Source: Pirellulales bacterium
GTDB lineage: Bacteria > Planctomycetota > Planctomycetia > Pirellulales > JAICIG01
Assembly (NCBI GenBank): GCA_035550375.1
Contig: DASZPH010000038.1
Span: 90,667 to 154,666 of the forward strand
DNA length: 64,000 bases
Direction of reading: 5' to 3'
A model generated the notes under the pieces. It ran no database searches, was not told the origin of the DNA, and saw only the letters and a program-made list of their open reading frames with translations. Of the stretch, positions 18,021-25,797 are shown one piece after another. The first letter of the stretch is position 1. Each line of letters starts with the position of its first letter. The position numbers and the translations under genes are program-made.

Positions 18021-19214
18021 TCACGCTTCAGCGGCTGCCGGCTCGGCCGAGGCGGGTTGCACGCGGACCGGCACAAGCACTTGAATCGGCTCCTGGATGC
18101 CGCGCACGGTCTGCACGTAATTCTCGAGGCGTTGCCGCAACGAAGAGGTAACTTCATTTCCTTGGGTGATCAGAATGTCGCCGTCGCAGGTAAGAACGTG
18201 CTGGTCGAGGACCATTTCTTCCTCCAACTCGCTAATCCGCACCGAGCGGGAAACGTAGCAGACCTCACAGTTGAACAACTTGGCCACCCCTTCAAGTAGC
18301 ACCGGATCGTACCAGCCTCGGCGTCGGTGTAGCTCGCCCAGCGCCTGCTCCTGCGTGTGGCCCGATGCCCGCAGAACGTCGAAATCGAGCGCGAGCTTCA
18401 ACACCCTGGCGCCGAGTGGAATGTCGTTGCCGCTGCGGTCGTCCTCGGGCGCGCCCGTCCCGTCGAAACGTTTTTCCTGATAGGCGATGATCTCGGCGAC
18501 TGCCGCCAGCCTCGGGATATTCCGGACCAGGTCCGCGCCGATCCGCGGGTGCGACTGGAAGAGGGCCATCTCGCGCAGGCCGAGCGATTGGCCGGCGCAG
18601 ATTTTCTCGAGCAGGGGCTCCGGCAGCGTAATGCACCCCACGTGGGAGAGCATGGCCCCGATTTCCAACGGCCAGGTGGGCTCGATCTTTTGTTGCGCCG
18701 CGATTTGCTGGACCAACTTGCGAATGCGGGCGGCGCGGCCGAACGCCTTCGGCTTGGCCAGCGCCAGCGTGTCCGCCAGCAGCCGCACACTGCCGTGGAG
18801 CGTCTTGGAGAGCAGCTCCTTTTCGGCGGTGACGAGCCGAAATTGCTCCAGGCCCGTCGTGAGCGTGGTCATCAGCGGCTCGGCGCCGCAAGGCTTGTTC
18901 AGAAAGCGAAAGATGCTCCCCTGGTTGATCGCGTCGATGGCCGTTTGCTGGTCGGCCTGCCCCGTGAGCATGACGCGGACGCTTAAGGGCGCGAGCTTCG
19001 CGACCTGCTGCAACATCTCGACGCCGTTCATGCCGGGCATCTGCATGTCGGCCACGACGACGCCGAAGGGACGTTCTCCGCCGCGGGCACGAACGAGCTC
19101 CAGACCTCGTTCCGGACCCTCGGCCGTTTCGAGTTGAAAACGGCCGCGCAGGGCTCGGGTGATGGCAGACAACAGGTTGGCATCGTCGTCGACAAACAGG
19201 ATCGTTTCGTCCAT
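18021..19214 (-). CDS. response regulator: REC + degenerate HD-GYP-like domain
   Basis: REC motifs ILFVDDD, VVADMQMPGMNG, LNKP. The HD-GYP-like core is conserved in layout (HPRIGADLV, FDGTG, IPLGARVLKLALDFDVL) but carries SHVGC in place of HDIGK, and YQEK...GTGAP in place of HHER...GxGYP. Confidence 0.85.
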   Translation of the reverse strand: MDETILFVDDDANLLSAITRALRGRFQLETAEGPERGLELVRARGGERPFGVVVADMQMPGMNGVEMLQQVAKLAPLSVRVMLTGQADQQTAIDAINQGSIFRFLNKPCGAEPLMTTLTTGLEQFRLVTAEKELLSKTLHGSVRLLADTLALAKPKAFGRAARIRKLVQQIAAQQKIEPTWPLEIGAMLSHVGCITLPEPLLEKICAGQSLGLREMALFQSHPRIGADLVRNIPRLAAVAEIIAYQEKRFDGTGAPEDDRSGNDIPLGARVLKLALDFDVLRASGHTQEQALGELHRRRGWYDPVLLEGVAKLFNCEVCYVSRSVRISELEEEMVLDQHVLTCDGDILITQGNEVTSSLRQRLENYVQTVRGIQEPIQVLVPVRVQPASAEPAAAEA

Positions 19215-19235
19215 GGCGGACCTTTCGTGCCTGAT

Positions 19236-20438
19236 CTAACTCGGTTCTTTATCTGAAATCTTCAACGCCTGCCGCCATGCGGTGAGCTTGTCGCGGCAGC
19301 CAACGGTCGCCAGATAGTCTTCGTCGACCTGGAGAAACGCCCTGCCGTCGTTTCCGGCACGTTCGTGTGTCCAGCAATTAGCCAGGTGGACGGTGGTTGC
19401 GGCGCAGAAGGACTGTCGTCCGCAACGCCGCGGGGTGTGATGAAAGGCCACCGCCTCGATCAGGACATCGGGAAAGCCCCATAGCCCCAAAAGATAAGCG
19501 CCGACCTCGGCGTGCGTGCACCCCAGGATGTCGGCTTCGGCGACATACCAAGGGGTCTGCTCAAGGCGAACTGTTTGGACCACTTTGGCATAGTGTTCCG
19601 CGAGATTCTGGGCGAGCACCAGCTTGCCAATGTCGTGTACGACGCCGGCGACGAAAGAATCGTTGACCAGCGTGGCGCCGCCCCCAGCCAATCGCGCCAG
19701 GGCTCGCGCCAGCGTGCCCACCGCCAGGCTGTGGTCGAAGAGATAATCGACCTCCGGACCGAGCGTTGCCCTACCAGATGGAGGGGAGAAGACGCTGACC
19801 GACAGCACGAGGGCCCGCAGCACTTCGGTCCCCAGCACCGAGGCGGCCTGTTGCGGCGTGCCCACGCGCTGTCGCAAGCCGAAATACGACGAGTTGACCA
19901 GTTGCATCACCTTGGCGGTCATCGCCATGTCGCGAGAAACAATCTCGCCGATGCGGGTCAGGGAGCAATCCGGCGATTGCAATTCGGCGACAAGCTGGGT
20001 GTAGAGAGTGGGAAGACTGGGCAGCGAGGTGATTTTGGCGATGAGTTGTTGAATGCTCGGTTCGGCCATCCATTGACGCAGCGCCAAAGCTCGCTCCACC
20101 GTGGCCTTGAGCTGGTTGGCATCGCATGGCTTGGAAAGGTATTGGTGGGTCGGGCCCACACACCGCAAGACGCTTTCACGATCTGCCTGGCCAGAGAGGA
20201 TGATCCGCACCATTCCCGGCCAGCGGCGCGAGACCTCGTCGAGCAACTGGGCGCCGTCCATGCCGGGCATCCGCATGTCGGAAACGATGACGTCGAACGG
20301 CCGCTCCGAGAGCAGTGCCAGCGCATCGCTCCCGCTGTTGGCGAAAGCCGTCTCCCACTCGTTGCGCCAAGCGCGGAGCATGCGGCGCAGGCCGTCGAGC
20401 ACTCCCGGTTCATCGTCGACAAAGAGGACATGTTTCAT
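19236..20438 (-). CDS. response regulator: REC + HDOD domain
   Basis: REC motifs VLFVDDEP, VIVSDMRMPGMDG, LSKP. HDOD motifs LPSLPTLYTQLVAEL...IGEIVSRDMAMTAKVMQLVNSSYFG and VHDIGKLVL. Confidence 0.85.
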   Translation of the reverse strand: MKHVLFVDDEPGVLDGLRRMLRAWRNEWETAFANSGSDALALLSERPFDVIVSDMRMPGMDGAQLLDEVSRRWPGMVRIILSGQADRESVLRCVGPTHQYLSKPCDANQLKATVERALALRQWMAEPSIQQLIAKITSLPSLPTLYTQLVAELQSPDCSLTRIGEIVSRDMAMTAKVMQLVNSSYFGLRQRVGTPQQAASVLGTEVLRALVLSVSVFSPPSGRATLGPEVDYLFDHSLAVGTLARALARLAGGGATLVNDSFVAGVVHDIGKLVLAQNLAEHYAKVVQTVRLEQTPWYVAEADILGCTHAEVGAYLLGLWGFPDVLIEAVAFHHTPRRCGRQSFCAATTVHLANCWTHERAGNDGRAFLQVDEDYLATVGCRDKLTAWRQALKISDKEPS

Positions 20439-20460
20439 GGATTCCTCCGACGCAATTGGG

Positions 20461-22452
20461 TCACGGCACTCGGTCGCCGGCGGTCACCGCCGGCGCGTCA
20501 ACTGCGCCCTCCTGGGGCGTTTCCAGGGGAAGCCGAACGATAAACGTCGTCCCTTGTCCGACTTCGGTTTCAAAACTGATGCTGCCGCCATGCTTCTCGA
20601 CAATCACCGAATAGGCCTGCGCCAGTCCCTGGCCCGTGCCGTGGCCTACCCCCTTGGTGGTGAAGAATGGCTCAAAGATCCGTGACTGGATTTCTTCGGG
20701 AATTCCGGTTCCGGTGTCCGAAATGCGCATCTCGACCCAATCACCCAGCCGTTTCGTGCGGACGCTGATCGTCCCCGGTTTCGCGCCTCCGCGCTCTTGC
20801 GCCGCGTTGATGGCGTGGGCGGCGTTGACAACCAGGCTGAGAATCACCTGGTTAAGATCGTTGGCATGAGATGGGACGAGCGGGAGTTGGCCATCCAGGT
20901 CGGTCTTCACCTCAGCGACGTGCTTCCACTCGTTGCGGGCCACGACAAGCGTGCTCTCGATCGAACGATTCAGGTCGGTCGGAGTCTTTTCGTTCGCTCC
21001 CGGCTGCGCGAACTCTTTCATAGCCTGCACGATCGTGGCCACGCGGTTGAGTCCTTCCAGAGATTGCTCGATGGCCTGCGGGATCTCGGCGGTCAAGAAC
21101 TCCAGATCGGCTAGTCGGCGGGCGTCGGCGGCGTGGTCGAGCAGTTCGTCGGTCAGCGCACGTGATGACGCGGCCAGCAGCACCCGGTCGTACTCCTGCA
21201 AGAGCTTTCCCAGTTCGGCGAAGCATTCCCTCAAGAACCTATTGTTGTCGCTGATGTATTGGATGGGCGTATTGATCTCATGCGCGATGCCAGCCGCCAA
21301 TTGGCCGATCGCTTCCAGCTTTTGAGCGTGGCGCAGTTGCGTTTCGAGTTGCCTCCGCTGGGTGACGTCTTCGATCAGTCCTACAAAGCCGGTTACTCGT
21401 TGCTCTTCACGCAACGGCGCCGCGGTCACGTTGGTCCACACGACGCCCCCATCCGCATGCAGAAAACGGTGGACGCTTCGGAAATCGCGGCATTCTCGGA
21501 CGGCCGCATACCATTCTCGCACGACCCGCTCGCGGTCGTCGGGATGGAGGGCCTGAATCCAACCATCGCCGCGCGCGAAATCGAGTTTCTGGCCCGTGAT
21601 CCCTTCGCAAGTCCTGTTGGTTTGCACGCACGAGCCGTTCTGATCGCTGGCGAACATCCCCAGGGGGAGCGAATCGTTCATGGCCCTCAGTTTCGCGGTG
21701 GCGTGCCGCAATTCGGCCGTGCGCGTCAGAACCTGTTCCTCCGTCCGACGATGGGCCTCTTCGATTCTCGCCTGCCGCACGCTGATCGCCCGCATCTCCC
21801 GCCGGCTCTGCCAGATGGAATAGCAGAGAAAGACGTCTTCAAACACGAGCCAGCCACCGTGTTCCAGCGGCCGCCAGATGCTCAGCGAGGATACGCCGAA
21901 TGCCGACTCGGGCCAGGCCAGTCCACGGATCAGGTGGTCGACGACGATCACGGTGGAAGCCGTGACGATCACCCACCAGTCGCGATAGAAGGCCAAGAAC
22001 GCCAGAGAGCCGAAGACGTGAAAGTGCGTTTCGATGCGGCCGCCGGAGATGTGAATGAACAGGGCCGACCAGGCCATCTGTGCCAAGGCCACAACGTGTC
22101 GCGTCAAAGCATCGCCGGGGCGCAGAACCGTCAGACAGACGGGCATGACCGAGATCAGGCAACCCAGGAAGAGCGACGCCCAGGCGTGGAGATGGACCTG
22201 GCTTTCGGCCCCCGCCCAGGTCAGTGGCGTGAGCCAGCACGCGGCGGCCATCCCCGCCACCCATTGCAACACCATCAGGATGGCGAAGGACCGATCGACT
22301 CCCCGGCGAAGCGATTGAAGTTGCTCGTGAAATAGGACCTCTTCTCGAGAAGAGAAGTCTAGGTCGGCACGATCTCGACTGGGTACGGCACGCACGGCCA
22401 TCTTACGAAAATTCCTTGTCAAGGGACTGACGGCTCTTGGAACAAAGGGCAT
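20461..22452 (-). CDS. membrane sensor histidine kinase (His-rich multi-TM module, PAS, HisKA, HATPase)
   Basis: 5-6 TM N-terminal module with [16 protein letters not shown], one PAS, H-box AAGIAHEINTPIQYI, N-box LVVNAAHAI, G-boxes DTGTGIP and GHGTGQGLA. The start is ambiguous: 22452 overlaps the upstream gene by 34 nt, and ATG 22401 is the alternative. Confidence 0.85.
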   Translation of the reverse strand: MPFVPRAVSPLTRNFRKMAVRAVPSRDRADLDFSSREEVLFHEQLQSLRRGVDRSFAILMVLQWVAGMAAACWLTPLTWAGAESQVHLHAWASLFLGCLISVMPVCLTVLRPGDALTRHVVALAQMAWSALFIHISGGRIETHFHVFGSLAFLAFYRDWWVIVTASTVIVVDHLIRGLAWPESAFGVSSLSIWRPLEHGGWLVFEDVFLCYSIWQSRREMRAISVRQARIEEAHRRTEEQVLTRTAELRHATAKLRAMNDSLPLGMFASDQNGSCVQTNRTCEGITGQKLDFARGDGWIQALHPDDRERVVREWYAAVRECRDFRSVHRFLHADGGVVWTNVTAAPLREEQRVTGFVGLIEDVTQRRQLETQLRHAQKLEAIGQLAAGIAHEINTPIQYISDNNRFLRECFAELGKLLQEYDRVLLAASSRALTDELLDHAADARRLADLEFLTAEIPQAIEQSLEGLNRVATIVQAMKEFAQPGANEKTPTDLNRSIESTLVVARNEWKHVAEVKTDLDGQLPLVPSHANDLNQVILSLVVNAAHAINAAQERGGAKPGTISVRTKRLGDWVEMRISDTGTGIPEEIQSRIFEPFFTTKGVGHGTGQGLAQAYSVIVEKHGGSISFETEVGQGTTFIVRLPLETPQEGAVDAPAVTAGDRVP

Positions 22453-23117
22453 CCGAACACGGGTGTGTTCTCCGGCGAAATCTGACCGGTTTTTAGCCAG
22501 GAGATGATCGCCGACTCACCGGGGTTGTCGCCGGAGTGCCCCCGAGCCGCGGTAAGGCCCCCTGAAAAAACGAGCCGGCCGGCACCGTCGTACAAGAAGG
22601 ACTGTCCCGAGGTTCTTGCCTCAAACCGGCGAGCAACGGCGCCGTCGACGTCGGCCATCGCCCGAACCCCCGGAATGTTTTCCGCCATTTGCCAAAGGTC
22701 CGTCTTCTCCCAGTCCGACGAAAAACCAGCCGGTCGGTAAAAGAAAACTTGGGTGTCGAGTTTTTTCTCGCGCCGGGAGACGATTTTCGCCAGTTCGCCG
22801 AGGGTCGCTCGGCTGCAGGGGCACTTGGGATGGAGAAACAGCAGCAGCCTGGCTTTTTCCGCCGGGCCCGTCTCTGGCCCGCTGGCGATCTGCTTCGGCG
22901 GCCGAGCCGCTTTGCCCGGGATCGAACTGTGGTAGGCGAGGACCAACACGCCGCTCAGAACGGCGGCGATCCAAGGCCCCACGAACCAGTGCGGCCCCAG
23001 GGACGAGCGCCGATCAGCCGGTGGTCTGCCGCTCGTATGCAAGCGCGCCGCGGTCGTCGTCGATAACTGGTACGGATCGGGGTTCAACGGCATGTCCATG
23101 CGATCGGTTCTCAGCAC
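22419..23117 (-). CDS. membrane-anchored thioredoxin-fold protein with atypical C-P-C motif
   Basis: One TM (WFVGPWIAAVLSGVLVLAY). Then a Trx-like beta-alpha start LLLFLHPKCPCSRATLGELAKIV and a later ...SFLYDGAGRLVFSGGL...RGHSGDNPG segment. Overlaps both flanking kinase genes. Confidence 0.55.
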   Translation of the reverse strand: MLRTDRMDMPLNPDPYQLSTTTAARLHTSGRPPADRRSSLGPHWFVGPWIAAVLSGVLVLAYHSSIPGKAARPPKQIASGPETGPAEKARLLLFLHPKCPCSRATLGELAKIVSRREKKLDTQVFFYRPAGFSSDWEKTDLWQMAENIPGVRAMADVDGAVARRFEARTSGQSFLYDGAGRLVFSGGLTAARGHSGDNPGESAIISWLKTGQISPENTPVFGCPLFQEPSVP

Positions 23118-25186
23118 AGGACTAGATCCTTGCTCGATGAAACTTGTTCGACTTCGGCGGCCGCGCTTAACGGCAGCCGAACGATAAACGTCGTTCCGCG
23201 TCCCGCCGCCGTTTCGAACGTGATCGTGCCACCGTGTTTCTCGACGACGACCGCGTGCGAGATGGCCAACCCCTGTCCCGTCCCCTTGCCGACGCCCTTG
23301 GTGCTGAAAAACGGATCGAAGACTTTTCCTTGCACTTGGGGCGGGATGCCCGTTCCGTTATCTGCCACGCGGATCTCGGCGAAATCTCCATCGAGCCGCG
23401 TGGTGACACGGATTTCGCCCTTCGTCAACTTGCCCGCTGCGACCACGTCGCCGATGGCATGTGCCGCGTTCACAACCAGGTTGAGCAGGACCTGGTTGAT
23501 CTCGCCGGGCAGGCAGGGAACCTGGGGAAGGTTCTCGTCAAAAATGGTGACGACGTTGGCAACGTATTTCCATTCGTTGCGGGCAACGGTCAACGTGCTC
23601 TGAACGGCGCGGTTGAGATCGACGTGTGTTTTATCCGGCGTGCCCGGGTGGGCAAATTCCTTCATCGCGCGAACGATCCCGGCCACCCGATCGATCCCTT
23701 CCAGCGACTGCCCAATCGCTTTGGGAATTTCTTCGAGCAAGTAGTCCAGATCGGCGCGCCTGGCGACCGCTACCAATGCGCCGCAATGACTCTCTGCCGC
23801 GGGATCGGCCATGAGCCGCTTGACCTCGACCAACAGCGATTCCAGATCTTGGAAGGTGTCCTGCAAGAAGCGCGTGTTGTCGCCGATGTACTGCGTGGGG
23901 GTATTGATCTCGTGGGCGACGCCAGCTGCAAGCTGGCCGATCGATTCGAGCTTCTGAGCCTGCAGGAGTTGGGTCTGCAAACGATTACGCTCTGTGACGT
24001 CCTCGTGTGCGACCACGACGCAGAAGCGTCCTTCGTCGGCAAAGCGAGTGGCGCTGACGACGAACCAGCGGGTGTTCTGCGGCACCGCGAAAGGATACTG
24101 CAAATGAAACTCGGTGCAGCGACCGGCCACCAACTGCCGCACGCCTTCGGCGACCTTCTCTCCCTCGCGACCACAGTCGGCAGTGCCAACCGCACAGGCC
24201 TCCAGATAATCGGCACCCACGACGGCCGATTGACGAAGTTCCGGCTGCTCGTCGGCGAACGCCTGCCAGGCATCGTTGACCGCGACAATGACGCCGCGGT
24301 GGTCGAGAATGGCAATTCTGGCAGAGAGTGAGTTCAGGGCCGCTTGCAGAAACCGCTTGGACTGCCGCAAATGGCGCTCGCTCTCTTTCGCCTCCCGCAA
24401 GTCGCTGAGGGTGGCCAGCGTGTGCTGTTCTCCATCGAGCGTCGTCTGCCGCGCGAGGACGACGTTCACGGGAATGGCGCTTCCGTCACGGTGCTTCAGC
24501 CACATGTCCCGGCCAAGCCGCGAGCCCATACGTTCGCAGTTTGCCGACAGGTACGCATCCTCGGGGTAGGCGTCGATGCCCGGCGCCAGATCGCGCGCCA
24601 CAACTCCGCGGAGGCCGCCCGACGCAAAGCCGAGCAGCTTCTCGGCCGCGGCGTCGGCGGACTCGATCGTTCCCGCGGCACCCACAACGAGTTGTCCGTC
24701 GGCCTGCGGCGGCCGAAGTTGAGCCTGGGCCTGCCGCTCCAAGCAGAGACGTTGTTCCCGGCGGCGGCGAAGTGACTCAGCCAGCGAGCGTTCGATCGTG
24801 TCCGTCTGCAGATGCTCGACGTCGATGGTCACTTCCCCGGCAAGAGGCGAAATACCGCTGTTGCGCACGAGGACAACGCAAGGTGGACACTGCACGGCAT
24901 CATGGTTCTCCTCGATTAGCCGGCAGGCAAAACCGGCGTCCTCGGCGGCGTCGATGAGCCACGCCTCGTCGAGGTGCGACCGTAAGCAGGACCTGGTCGC
25001 CTCGGTCGTCGCTAGTCGGCACACCTCAAAGCGCAACCGCTGAGAGGCTTCCAGGGCCGTTACCACGCGCCGATAACGGTCGTCGCAATCGCCGATATAG
25101 AGGACCGTGAATCGATACTTGGCGTTCCCGTCGGTCACTGATGGTTGTCGCATGATGCGCTTGCCATGGGTGACTTCACTCCCCAT
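23111..25186 (-). CDS. cytoplasmic sensor histidine kinase (pseudo-receiver-like N-terminus, 2 PAS, HisKA, HATPase)
   Basis: No TM segments. Two PAS-like regions. H-box AAGVAHEINTPTQYI, N-box LVVNAAHAI, G-boxes DNGTGIP and GKGTGQGLAISH. The kinase core is a close paralogue of that in 20461..22452. Confidence 0.85.
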   Translation of the reverse strand: MGSEVTHGKRIMRQPSVTDGNAKYRFTVLYIGDCDDRYRRVVTALEASQRLRFEVCRLATTEATRSCLRSHLDEAWLIDAAEDAGFACRLIEENHDAVQCPPCVVLVRNSGISPLAGEVTIDVEHLQTDTIERSLAESLRRRREQRLCLERQAQAQLRPPQADGQLVVGAAGTIESADAAAEKLLGFASGGLRGVVARDLAPGIDAYPEDAYLSANCERMGSRLGRDMWLKHRDGSAIPVNVVLARQTTLDGEQHTLATLSDLREAKESERHLRQSKRFLQAALNSLSARIAILDHRGVIVAVNDAWQAFADEQPELRQSAVVGADYLEACAVGTADCGREGEKVAEGVRQLVAGRCTEFHLQYPFAVPQNTRWFVVSATRFADEGRFCVVVAHEDVTERNRLQTQLLQAQKLESIGQLAAGVAHEINTPTQYIGDNTRFLQDTFQDLESLLVEVKRLMADPAAESHCGALVAVARRADLDYLLEEIPKAIGQSLEGIDRVAGIVRAMKEFAHPGTPDKTHVDLNRAVQSTLTVARNEWKYVANVVTIFDENLPQVPCLPGEINQVLLNLVVNAAHAIGDVVAAGKLTKGEIRVTTRLDGDFAEIRVADNGTGIPPQVQGKVFDPFFSTKGVGKGTGQGLAISHAVVVEKHGGTITFETAAGRGTTFIVRLPLSAAAEVEQVSSSKDLVLC

Positions 25187-25797
25187 ATCGAGCCTAGATT
25201 ATCTGCGCTGGCTGGCCAGCGGGCTTCTTTCGTAGGCAGTTGTAGGACAAGAGGCGCCCGTCGCGGACCGTCGATTCTCCGTCGCGGTGATTCGATGTGG
25301 CGGTCGGAGGTGTGCCCTATCCGCTACAGCGGGCGCAACGGGGGCCCTCTCGCATCTCCGAAAACAGAAGATCCGTTGCAGTCGCTACGCTGCCCGTAAC
25401 GAAATGGGCATTTCCCTGATAGGAAGCGCGAGGTGGTAGAATTGCAAGGGACCAAGTCTCAGGGCCCGCTGGCGTGTGGATGGTTTGCTCCGTAGACAGC
25501 GCCGCACGTGGGCGAGTCGACGTCGTGGGCGCGTTCACAACATGATCGCCGGTGTCGCGAAGGCGACTCTGGACGGCTACAAGCTGTCGATCACCTGCCA
25601 AACGTCCTCATCGGTTGCAACATGCGATCCACTGCGCTCGAACGACGCGGCCGTTGCGCGTGTTGTGCGATGCACCCCAAGGGCCGATGGCTCTCGAGGC
25701 AGGGTGTGAGGCACTTGCAGCACCGCCTGCTTGAGGAATCTACTTCGGTGCTGTGGCGGTTCGCCGATGCGGCGACATCTGCAAAGTCCAGCGACGG

